NCBI GenBank assembly: GCA_002716355.1
Contig: PBAU01000010.1
Coordinates: 47,208 to 111,207, forward strand
Direction of reading: 5' to 3'
Length of the DNA stretch: 64,000 nucleotides
Source: a bacterium
GTDB taxonomy: Bacteria; UBP7; UBA6624
Shown here: positions 21,301 through 28,693 of the stretch, piece by piece
Position numbering within the stretch: position 1 is the stretch's first letter
Layout of the letters: each line of letters begins with the position of its first letter
Notes under the pieces: generated by a model
The model's database searches: none
What the model was told of the DNA's origin: nothing
Seen by the model: the letters and a program-made list of their open reading frames with translations, nothing else
Program-made: the position numbers and the translations under genes

Positions 21301-22073
21301 GCTTTCCATCCCTCACAAACTTTAACAAACTGCTTTCTGTAGGAAGCAACTTTTTTTCTCTTGTCTATATTTTCTTCACTTTGCTTAGAAGCTTTAGACT
21401 CACTAACAAAAACAAGTTCACCAGGGTGTTTCTTGCCTTTTACAGTCCTGTATTCAAAACCTAAAGCTTTCAAAAATGTTGCAAGATGGAATTTTCTAAA
21501 CTTGCCTAATCTAATCCAGAATCTATTTCTTGAATCCAGGTTAAACTCCATCCAATTACCTCTAGAAGGAACAAACTTCGCAACATTGTTTTCGTTTTTT
21601 TGATTTACATTTTCTCTTTTAAAAAATATACCAGGACTTCTAAGCAATTGAAAAACACAAGTTTTTTCAATTCCATTAATAATAAAAGTAGCGCTTGGGG
21701 TCATTTTTGGAACATTTCCAATCCTTAACTCTTGAACTTTAAACTCTCCTGTCTCTTCTCTGTAAAGCTGAACTGGAATAGATAAAGAAGTTGCATAAGT
21801 TTTTCCTAACTTCCTACAATCCTCTATTGATTCATCAGGATCATCTAACTTAAAAGAAGGCATCCCTTCTGGAAGAGAAAGTGTGACTTTCTTATCTTCA
21901 AAAGTTACAGGGAAAACCTCCCTCATAACTCTATCAATACCTATAGTTGTAAAGTACTCGTAACTTTTCTTTTGATGTCGAATCAAATCATGTTTGATTG
22001 CATCTGTAAATGTTTCCTGCACTGAAAAATCTTTTATTTCAGCAGCAGGAACCCTAGAATCATTTTTTGACAT
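18339..22073 (-). CDS. rpoB: DNA-directed RNA polymerase subunit beta (1244 aa, acidic C-terminal tail)
   Basis: [37 protein letters not shown] and [18 protein letters not shown]. Confidence 0.97.
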   Translation of the reverse strand: [1244 protein letters not shown]

Positions 22074-22140
22074 AGCAAACCCCTCTTATATAACTAACAA
22101 ACGCAAAAAGCGCAAAAAACTACAATTTTATTAAAAATTA

Positions 22141-22512
22141 TTACTCGATCTCAACATCAGCGCCAGCTTCTGCTAATACTGATTTAATTTCCTCAGCTTC
22201 AGATTCGGAAATACCTTCTTTAACTGAGACCGGAGCCTTGTCAACAAGTTCTTTTGCTTCTTTAAGACCAAGTCCTAAAGCACTTTTCACAGCTTTAATA
22301 ACAGCAATTTTTTGCTGTCCAGCAGCTTTAAGTGTTACCTTAACGGTTGACGGTCCTGAGTCACCACCTCCATCATCAGATGCAGCCGGAGCAGCAGCCA
22401 TTGCCACTGGAGAACCTTGAACATTAAATTTTTCTTTTAATGCTTCAACTAGCTCTACTAACTCGCTAACCTTCATTTTTTCGATACTTTCAATGAGTTT
22501 ATCTTTGCTCAT
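22141..22512 (-). CDS. rplL: 50S ribosomal protein L7/L12
   Basis: 123 aa. Ala/Pro-rich hinge and C-terminal domain [24 protein letters not shown]. Confidence 0.95.
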   Translation of the reverse strand: MSKDKLIESIEKMKVSELVELVEALKEKFNVQGSPVAMAAAPAASDDGGGDSGPSTVKVTLKAAGQQKIAVIKAVKSALGLGLKEAKELVDKAPVSVKEGISESEAEEIKSVLAEAGADVEIE

Positions 22513-22514
22513 AA

Positions 22515-23072
22515 TTACACCACCTCATTAGATTTATTTTTAGCTATTTCATCAAGAGTCCAAACTAAACTGGAAACAATGCCGTCAAGAGTCCAAACCA
22601 GTCCGGAAACTGGAGAATCAAGACATCCTACCAATTGTGCGTAAAGATCCTCAATATTATTTATTTTTGTAAGCTTTGTAAAAGAGTCTGAATCAACAAG
22701 ACCCCCCTCAAGCAATCCAAATTTAAAATTAAACGAATCGTCAGCCTTAAGCCTGTCTACAAACTTTTGTATCACAGGAAAAGGATTTTCCTCATCAACC
22801 AAAACGTGTGCTATAGGACCTTTAACTGAAGCCTTGAACTCAGACTTCTCTTCATCATTTAAATTTAATTCATCAATAACTCTCCACATAAGTGTGTTTT
22901 TTATAACAGAAAAATTACCACCTAATTCACTTATCTCTCTTCTGAAGATGTTTTCATCTTGTGCAGTTATTGAAGAATTAGAAAATATTCCAAAAAAAGT
23001 ACTTTCTTTTACTGAAGACACTTTTTCAGAAACTTGATTTTTCTTTGCATTTAAAATTTTTGTACTAGCCAT
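22515..23072 (-). CDS. rplJ: 50S ribosomal protein L10
   Basis: 185 aa. Sits between rplA and rplL. The C-terminal helix carries a tandem 11-aa duplication. Confidence 0.88.
   Translation of the reverse strand: MASTKILNAKKNQVSEKVSSVKESTFFGIFSNSSITAQDENIFRREISELGGNFSVIKNTLMWRVIDELNLNDEEKSEFKASVKGPIAHVLVDEENPFPVIQKFVDRLKADDSFNFKFGLLEGGLVDSDSFTKLTKINNIEDLYAQLVGCLDSPVSGLVWTLDGIVSSLVWTLDEIAKNKSNEVV
22542..22607 (-). repeat. Tandem 33-nt duplication inside rplJ ([11 protein letters not shown] / [11 protein letters not shown])
   Basis: The two adjacent 33-nt units share an identical core, gtttggactcttga, and encode two 11-aa copies in the L10 C-terminal helix. Confidence 0.85.
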
Positions 23073-23746
23073 TACATTTCAACCTTAACACCTGGTCCCA
23101 TAGTGAGACTAAGAGATATTTTTTTCATATATGTTCCTTTTACAGAGGAAGGTCTCATTGATTTAATTGTTGCATGAGCCATTTGAACATTTTCAAGCAA
23201 ATGACCTTTTTTAAAAGATTTTTTTCCAACTTTCAAATGCACATTTCCACCATCATCATTTCTAAAACTTTGCTTACCTTTTAAAAACTCTGAAACAGTG
23301 TCTTTCAGATCGGAAGAAACAGTTCCTGCTTTTGGGCTAGGCATTAAACCTCTTGGGCCTAAAACTCTACCAAGAGGGGCTAAATCTCTCATCATGGAGG
23401 GATGAGCTAACAAGACATCAAAATCTAATTTTCCTGATTTGATCTCCTCTATAAGATCTTTAGAACCTACCTTTGTAGCTCCAGCAGATTTAGCTTCTTC
23501 TGCATTTTTGCCATCAGCAACAACTGCAATAACAGGCTTATCTCCAGTTCCATGAGGCAAAAGCATAGTTCCTCTAATCTGCTGATCTGCTTGTTTTGGA
23601 TCTATTGATAATGAAATATGCATATCAACAGATTCATCAAATTTAGCAGACTTTGCAGATGCAAGCACACTAAGACCATCTTCTAAAGAAAAAGTTTTCA
23701 AGCCTGCTTTCTGTTTGTTTTCTAAACTTCTTTTAGATCTTTTCAT
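23072..23746 (-). CDS. rplA: 50S ribosomal protein L1
   Basis: 224 aa. L1 pattern (FDESVDMHISL...DQQIRGTMLLPHGTG...GPRGLMPSPKAGTV). Confidence 0.95.
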   Translation of the reverse strand: MKRSKRSLENKQKAGLKTFSLEDGLSVLASAKSAKFDESVDMHISLSIDPKQADQQIRGTMLLPHGTGDKPVIAVVADGKNAEEAKSAGATKVGSKDLIEEIKSGKLDFDVLLAHPSMMRDLAPLGRVLGPRGLMPSPKAGTVSSDLKDTVSEFLKGKQSFRNDDGGNVHLKVGKKSFKKGHLLENVQMAHATIKSMRPSSVKGTYMKKISLSLTMGPGVKVEM

Positions 23747-24330
23747 TCTTCTTCTCCAGCAGGTTCATCACTTGAATCAGCGGCGGCTACAGATTCCTCA
23801 GCAGCAGCAGCTTCAGCAGCTTCAGCAGCTTCAGCAGCTTCAGCAGCTTCTCTTGCAGCAATCTCACCCTGTTTGATCAATTCGATAATCTCCTTATCAT
23901 CCTTTTTTCCAATAACAACGCCCATTGACCTGGCTGTACCTTTAACTATATTCATTGCTGCATCAACATTTCTTGTATTCAATTCCTCAAGCTTTCTTTC
24001 AGCGATAGCCTTCACTGATTCTTCGGTTATGGCTCCAACTTTTATTCTTAAAGGGTCTGAAGATGCTTTCTCTAAACCAGCAGCTTCTTTTATCAACGCG
24101 CTAACAGGAGGCTCAAGGGTTACAAAATCAAAACTAGCATCACGATAAGCAGTAATTACAACAGGAACAACCTCTCCTTTTCTGTTGCTTGTAGCATTAT
24201 TAAAAGATTGGCAAAATTGCATTATGTTTATACCTAAGCTTGAAAGCGTTGGACCAACAGGCGGTGCAGGATTCGCTGCACCTCCAATAATTTGCAATTT
24301 TGCTTTTCCTACAACTTTTTTTTGCGCCAT
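23743..24330 (-). CDS. rplK: 50S ribosomal protein L11 with a 53-aa C-terminal Ala/Glu-rich extension
   Basis: Residues 1-142 are canonical L11 (ANPAPPVGPTLSSLGINIMQFC...GTARSMGVVIG). Residues 143-195 are an extra tail. Confidence 0.92.
   Translation of the reverse strand: MAQKKVVGKAKLQIIGGAANPAPPVGPTLSSLGINIMQFCQSFNNATSNRKGEVVPVVITAYRDASFDFVTLEPPVSALIKEAAGLEKASSDPLRIKVGAITEESVKAIAERKLEELNTRNVDAAMNIVKGTARSMGVVIGKKDDKEIIELIKQGEIAAREAAEAAEAAEAAEAAAAEESVAAADSSDEPAGEEE
23807..23850 (-). repeat. In-frame 9-bp tandem repeat (about 4.9 copies of GCAGCTTCA on the + strand) encoding (EAA)n in the L11 tail
   Basis: Read directly: gcagcttca gcagcttca gcagcttca gcagcttca gcagcttc. It translates on the minus strand to EAAEAAEAAEAAEAA. 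Confidence 0.92.
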
Positions 24331-24938
24331 TATGCAGCCACCATCTTATCTATATCTATTTCAACTCTTGTCTCTTTTCCAAATATAGGAATAGTTACAC
24401 CAGCTAATCTTTTATCTAAATTAATATCCTGAACCCTGCCAGTGTAATCCTGAAATGCACCCTCTAAAATTCTGACTAAATCACCTTCAGCAAACTCTAC
24501 AGAATCAATAATTTGAGCTTCACCAATCTGTTTTAAAAGTGTTTGAACCTCTTCTTCTGACAAAGGTTGCGGGTGATCCCAACCCCCCATTAAATTAATT
24601 ACTCCGTAAATGTTATTTACGACAGCTTTTATCTCATTCTTAGTACCTGCATCATGGTCCATTTGTATGTAAACATATTTAGGATAAAGCCTTTTCACAA
24701 CAACCTTTCCTCTTTCTTTCATTGACGTTGCAGGAACTTCGACTCTGTGAATAATATTTTCAAGTAAAGCACCTTGTTCTTTATCGAGTTTCTCATAATA
24801 TTTAATATTTTTAACAGCTTCATCCTGCTCTGGATCCAATGTTGTTGATTCAACATTTGGAATACCGCAGCTAATCGAGAGTCCAACCTGGATCTCGTAA
24901 CGATTTACCGTTTCCAATATATACCAATCTCTACTCAT
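24330..24938 (-). CDS. nusG: Transcription termination/antitermination factor NusG
   Basis: 202 aa. NGN domain (WYILETV...) with an internal insert, plus a KOW motif GDLVRILEGAFQDYTGRV. Confidence 0.9.
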   Translation of the reverse strand: MSRDWYILETVNRYEIQVGLSISCGIPNVESTTLDPEQDEAVKNIKYYEKLDKEQGALLENIIHRVEVPATSMKERGKVVVKRLYPKYVYIQMDHDAGTKNEIKAVVNNIYGVINLMGGWDHPQPLSEEEVQTLLKQIGEAQIIDSVEFAEGDLVRILEGAFQDYTGRVQDINLDKRLAGVTIPIFGKETRVEIDIDKMVAA

Positions 24939-25108
24939 ACAAGAATGGGAGCGAGAATCTTGCTTAAAATCAAATCAATCAAGCCCAAAAATAATGCAAC
25001 AATGAAAATAACAAACAGAACGCCTCTAGTTGCATTCAAAGTCATGCTTCTAGAAGGCCATGAAATTCTCTTCATCTCAGCCTTGAAATCACTAAAATTA
25101 AGATTCAT
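24935..25108 (-). CDS. secE: Preprotein translocase subunit SecE
   Basis: Not in the ORF track. Manual translation: MNLNFSDFKAEMKRISWPSRSMTLNATRGVLFVIFIVALFLGLIDLILSKILAPILV. It has the conserved E-x-K-K/R-h-x-W-P-S/T motif followed by one TM helix. Its stop overlaps the nusG start (ATGA). It sits in the conserved position between rpmG and nusG. Confidence 0.8.
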   Translation of the reverse strand: MNLNFSDFKAEMKRISWPSRSMTLNATRGVLFVIFIVALFLGLIDLILSKILAPILV

Positions 25109-25112
25109 CACT

Positions 25113-25283
25113 TTAGCCCTTTACCTCCTTGTGTAAAGTATGTTTTTTTAATCGTGGAGAATACTTCATTAGCTTCATCTTGTCAGGAGTATTTAGCCTG
25201 CTCCTAGAGCTTCTGTAATTCCTATCTCCACATTCAGTGCATTCCAAATAAAAATGCACCCTACGACCATCTTTTTTTGCCAT
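25113..25283 (-). CDS. rpmG: 50S ribosomal protein L33
   Basis: Not in the ORF track. Manual translation: MAKKDGRRVHFYLECTECGDRNYRSSRSRLNTPDKMKLMKYSPRLKKHTLHKEVKG. It has the L33 pattern (C-x-x-C ... NY ... KYSP..KKHTLHKE). Confidence 0.88.
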   Translation of the reverse strand: MAKKDGRRVHFYLECTECGDRNYRSSRSRLNTPDKMKLMKYSPRLKKHTLHKEVKG

Positions 25284-25323
25284 ATTATCAAATTATCCTT
25301 TGTTAAATAAGATTTATTAAAAA

Positions 25324-26538
25324 CTATTTAATGATCTCTGTAATAACACCAGTACCTATAGTCTTTCCACCTTCTCTTATAGCGAACCTTAAATTTTGTT
25401 CACAAGCAACTGGATAAATCAAAGTAATATGTGCTTCTACATTATCACCAGGGTTAGCAAATTCAACAGCTGTTCCATTGTTAGGGTCAGCCAAAGAATC
25501 TACAGAACCAGTAATATCTCCTGTCCTTACAAAGAACTGAGGTCTATAGTTAGATTTAAACGGAGTATGTCTTCCACCTTCCTCTTTCTTTAATATATAA
25601 ACCTGTGCTTTGAATTCTGTAGCGGTTTTTATAGATTTAGGTTTGGCTATAACCATGCCTCTTTCTAATTCATCTTTCTTAGTTCCCCTTAAAAGAATAC
25701 CTGCATTATCACCAGCGATAGCATTACCAAGGTTTTTATTGAACATTTCAATACCTGTAGCAACAGTATCCTGATCTCTACCCATTCCTAAACAAGAAAC
25801 AGCATCACCAATATTCAAAGTTCCTCTTTCAACCCTTCCAGTACAAACTGTTCCACGACCTTTAATTGAAAAAATATCTTCAATAGGCATGAGGAAATCT
25901 TTATCCTGGTCTCTCTCAGGAAGTGGGAAATATTCATCAACAGCTTTCATAAGCTCTACGATCTTCTCTTCCCATTCTGGCTTGCCTTCAACAGCACCAA
26001 GAGCGCTACCGTAAATGATAGGAGCATTATCGCCATCGTATCCGTGGTTGTTCAACAAATCTCTAATTGTCATTTCGGTAAGTTCTAACATTTCATCGGC
26101 ATCATCGCCTTCAGCTGCTTGAACTTTATCAACTTTGTTTACAAAAACAGCTAAGGCTGGAACATTAACCTGTTTAGAAAGTAAAACGTGTTCAGCTGTC
26201 TGCAACATAGGCCCGTCATCACCTGCAACAACAAGGATGGCTCCATCCATTTGCGCTGCACCAGTTATCATATTCTTGATATAGTCAGCGTGACCTGGAC
26301 AATCTATATGCGCATAATGCCTAGTCTCTGTTTCATATTCAATATGAGAAACATTGATAGTAACACCTCTCTCTCTTTCTTCAGGTGCCTTATCAATATC
26401 TTCAAAAGCAGTTTGCTTAGCAAGACCTTTTGCAGCCAAAACTTTACTTATTGCTGCTGTTAATGTAGTCTTACCATGGTCAACGTGACCAATCGTCCCA
26501 ATATTCATGTGGGGTTTATCTCTATTAAAATCTCCCAT
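25324..26538 (-). CDS. tuf: Elongation factor Tu (divergent)
   Basis: 404 aa. [17 protein letters not shown] and NKVD. It lies downstream of the Tyr/Gly/Thr tRNA cluster, as in the E. coli tufB operon. Confidence 0.95.
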   Translation of the reverse strand: MGDFNRDKPHMNIGTIGHVDHGKTTLTAAISKVLAAKGLAKQTAFEDIDKAPEERERGVTINVSHIEYETETRHYAHIDCPGHADYIKNMITGAAQMDGAILVVAGDDGPMLQTAEHVLLSKQVNVPALAVFVNKVDKVQAAEGDDADEMLELTEMTIRDLLNNHGYDGDNAPIIYGSALGAVEGKPEWEEKIVELMKAVDEYFPLPERDQDKDFLMPIEDIFSIKGRGTVCTGRVERGTLNIGDAVSCLGMGRDQDTVATGIEMFNKNLGNAIAGDNAGILLRGTKKDELERGMVIAKPKSIKTATEFKAQVYILKKEEGGRHTPFKSNYRPQFFVRTGDITGSVDSLADPNNGTAVEFANPGDNVEAHITLIYPVACEQNLRFAIREGGKTIGTGVITEIIK

Positions 26539-26578
26539 TTTTAATTCCTCCTAAAAAATTAATTTCTTTGTAAAACAA

Positions 26579-26650
26579 GCCCAAGGTCGGATTTGAACCG
26601 ACGACCTCGTCCTTACCAAGGACGCGCTCTGCCCCTGAGCTACCTGGGCA
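26579..26650 (-). tRNA. tRNA-Thr (anticodon GGU)
   Basis: Manual cloverleaf of the 72-nt sequence: GCCCAGG / GCTC..GAGC / CGTCC-TTGGTAA-GGACG / GTCGG-TTCAAAT-CCGAC / CTTGGGC-T. Confidence 0.88.
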
Positions 26651-26652
26651 AA

Positions 26653-26726
26653 GCGAGAGACGGGACTCGAACCCGCGACCCTCAGCTTGGAAGGCTGATG
26701 CTCTGCCAAACTGAGCTACTCTCGCA
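26653..26726 (-). tRNA. tRNA-Gly (anticodon UCC)
   Basis: 74 nt: GCGAGAG acceptor, anticodon arm TCAGC-CTTCCAA-GCTGA, T-arm GCGGG-TTCGAGT-CCCGT. Confidence 0.88.
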
Positions 26727-26737
26727 TTCCAAGCCAT

Positions 26738-26820
26738 GGAGGGAGAGGGATTCGAACCCCCGTACGCATACGCGAGCGAGTTTACAGCCCGCCTCCTTTG
26801 GCCACTCGGACATCCCTCCC
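26738..26820 (-). tRNA. tRNA-Tyr (anticodon GUA), long variable arm
   Basis: 83 nt: GGAGGGA acceptor, anticodon loop CTGTAAA, long variable arm, T-loop GGTTCGAATCC. Confidence 0.88.
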
Positions 26821-26857
26821 AAACAAAATAACCTGTGTGTGTCATACAAACTAGAGA

Positions 26858-26887
26858 TTCTAGCATTGATTTTGAAATTTACACAAA
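26858..26887 (-). promoter_or_regulatory. Candidate sigma70-type promoter for the tRNA-Tyr/Gly/Thr-tuf transcription unit
   Basis: Minus strand: TTGTGT - 18 nt - TGcTAGAAT (extended -10), about 38 nt upstream of the tRNA-Tyr 5' end. The -35 element lies in the last codons of rsmI. Confidence 0.3.
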
Positions 26888-27547
26888 TTTAAGCAATATT
26901 AACCATTCACCTTTAACAGTTTCTGGCAAAAGCCTTAATATCTTTTGTGGCTTTCCATCAAACCTCTTTTCGTGAATCTTCGATATTTCAGAAAACAGTT
27001 GCAGGTCTGCATTAATAAATTTATTCATAATCAAAATCAAATCTCTTAACTTGGCGGGGTTAGCAAAGATTAAATGCGTACCTTTTAAATTGGACATTTT
27101 TTCCAACCAGTTAAAAATTTTCTTATCGCTTTTCGGAGGAAATCCCCATATAAAACAAGGTAGAGTTGGCCACCTACTTAAAGAAAGAGCAGATCCCACA
27201 GAAGAAGGGCCTGGTAAAGAAAAAACCTTTGCCTTGCATTGTATCGCTGTAGAAACAACCTCATAACCAGGATCAGCTATATTTGGAGCTCCTGCATCAG
27301 ACATTAAACCAATCGTTTTTCCTTGAATGAAAAATTTTTCTATTCCTTTTTTTGAAATCCCTTTCTTGTTTAAACTCCATTTGACAACCTTATGCTTTCT
27401 TGACAGTTTTAAGAAGTAGCTAATTTTTTTATACTTCGACAAACTTTCAACAAGCAAAATATCACAATTTTCCAATATTTCTTTCAGCCTGAATGAAACA
27501 TCATCTAAATTACCAATAGGGGTTGATATCACCCATAAAACCGACAT
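26879..27547 (-). CDS. rsmI: 16S rRNA (cytidine1402-2'-O)-methyltransferase RsmI-like
   Basis: Tetrapyrrole-methylase fold N-terminus MSVLWVISTPIGNLDDVSFRLKEIL. I chose the internal Met at 27547 rather than the track start at 27622, which would overlap the upstream permease gene. Confidence 0.72.
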   Translation of the reverse strand: MSVLWVISTPIGNLDDVSFRLKEILENCDILLVESLSKYKKISYFLKLSRKHKVVKWSLNKKGISKKGIEKFFIQGKTIGLMSDAGAPNIADPGYEVVSTAIQCKAKVFSLPGPSSVGSALSLSRWPTLPCFIWGFPPKSDKKIFNWLEKMSNLKGTHLIFANPAKLRDLILIMNKFINADLQLFSEISKIHEKRFDGKPQKILRLLPETVKGEWLILLKFV

Positions 27548-27566
27548 TAAAAAAATAACCTCATAT

Positions 27567-28691
27567 TTATTTTGAAAAAAGTATAGGGTTCTCTCGCTTG
27601 AGAAGCATGAACAAAGATACAACTAAGAACAAAAGATTAGGGAACCATGCTGCAACAACAGCAGACAAGCCAATCTTGCTTAAAGCTATACCTATGAGCA
27701 TCACTACATAATAAAAGAAAATAACCAACATTGACATTCCAATTCCCATTCCAGGCCCTACTGATTTTCTTTCAAAAGATGATCCCATTGCAACTCCAAG
27801 TAAAGAGAAAATAATTGAGGCAAAAGGAACTGCAATCTTTAATTCTGTTTGAGTCGCCAGCTTATCAGCCTTTATTGACTCACCTCTTTTTCTTACTTCA
27901 GAAACATATTTTTTAGCATTTGAATAATTCATTTCTTGTACATCTTTTGTTCTAAGTTTTTTAATATTGGTAGGACTCTCTTCAAAAAAAACACGCACCT
28001 TGTCTTGTTGCAAGTTTGCAAAGCGGCCAGAACCAAGATTAGATAATGTAACCACATTGAGAAGCTCCCAAGAACCATCCTCAGATATATAAAGCCCTTT
28101 TTCAGCTAAAAAATATTCTGAAAACATTAATTGATTCTCTTGATCTTCGTATCTAAACAAATGCAGGTTATTTAAAACATTATTATCTAAATTTTGAGCA
28201 ATTAAATTCCATTTAATATTGCCAGATGGGTAATAAGATTCAAAATTAACATCATTTTCTTGCGCTCTACCCTCTCGATAAATTTCTACAGCTAATTTTT
28301 CCATTTTTTCAACTGAGGAAGGTATTACAAATTCATTTAAAGAAACTGAAAGCAAAAATGAAAAAAAACCAACAACCATAACGCTCAAAGAAATTCTTCT
28401 TAAGCTTGAACCTGAAACAAGAGCTGCGCGCAATTCTCCACTAGAGGAAAGTTGTGAGAAAGTTAATATTGAAGCCAGTAAAATAGTCATAGGTATAGCT
28501 ACAACAACTGACTGAGGCACACCTAGAGCTAAAAACTCTGAAACCTGTGCTATTGGAGTTTCCATATCTACAATCATTTTGACTGCTGTTTTAAAAGAAG
28601 CAGAAAACAAAACTAAAAAAGTAAAAGTAACAAGGCCATATACAAAGAGGCCCCTAATCTGCCTTAACACAAAAATATCTATAAGCTTCAA
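27567..28691 (-). CDS. LPS export ABC permease, LptF/LptG (YjgP/YjgQ) family
   Basis: 374 aa. N-terminal TM bundle, large periplasmic loop and C-terminal TMs. It lies directly downstream of lptB. Confidence 0.78.
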   Translation of the reverse strand: MKLIDIFVLRQIRGLFVYGLVTFTFLVLFSASFKTAVKMIVDMETPIAQVSEFLALGVPQSVVVAIPMTILLASILTFSQLSSSGELRAALVSGSSLRRISLSVMVVGFFSFLLSVSLNEFVIPSSVEKMEKLAVEIYREGRAQENDVNFESYYPSGNIKWNLIAQNLDNNVLNNLHLFRYEDQENQLMFSEYFLAEKGLYISEDGSWELLNVVTLSNLGSGRFANLQQDKVRVFFEESPTNIKKLRTKDVQEMNYSNAKKYVSEVRKRGESIKADKLATQTELKIAVPFASIIFSLLGVAMGSSFERKSVGPGMGIGMSMLVIFFYYVVMLIGIALSKIGLSAVVAAWFPNLLFLVVSLFMLLKRENPILFSK

Positions 28692-28693
28692 AG

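Noticed and set aside
13430-22073. Many 60-95-aa ORFs inside or antisense to rpoC and rpoB (for example 15147-15392, 16953-17240, 18955-19200, 21361-21603, 16045-16257)
   Set aside because: All are nested within strongly supported RNAP genes. They have low-complexity or hydrophobic shadow-ORF composition and no start or SD context worth noting.
23807-23850. Tandem 9-bp repeat considered as a CRISPR- or VNTR-like non-coding element
   Set aside because: The unit is too short, has no spacers, and is in frame within rplK. It is a coding microsatellite, not a CRISPR array.
24945-25136. 63-aa + strand ORF between nusG and tuf
   Set aside because: The opposite strand encodes a textbook SecE (24935-25108) and the end of L33. 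The + strand ORF is their antisense shadow.
26525-26892. 113-aa (-) and 99-aa (+) ORFs
   Set aside because: Both span the three tRNA genes. The region folds into three clean cloverleaves and is the GC-rich RNA part of the tRNA-tuf unit.
27548-27622. Upstream extension of the rsmI ORF (track start at 27622)
   Set aside because: The extension (MYLCSCFSSERTLYFFQNKYEVIFL) overlaps the 3' end of the LptF/G-like gene by 56 nt and has no RsmI similarity. The conserved N-terminus starts at the Met at 27547.
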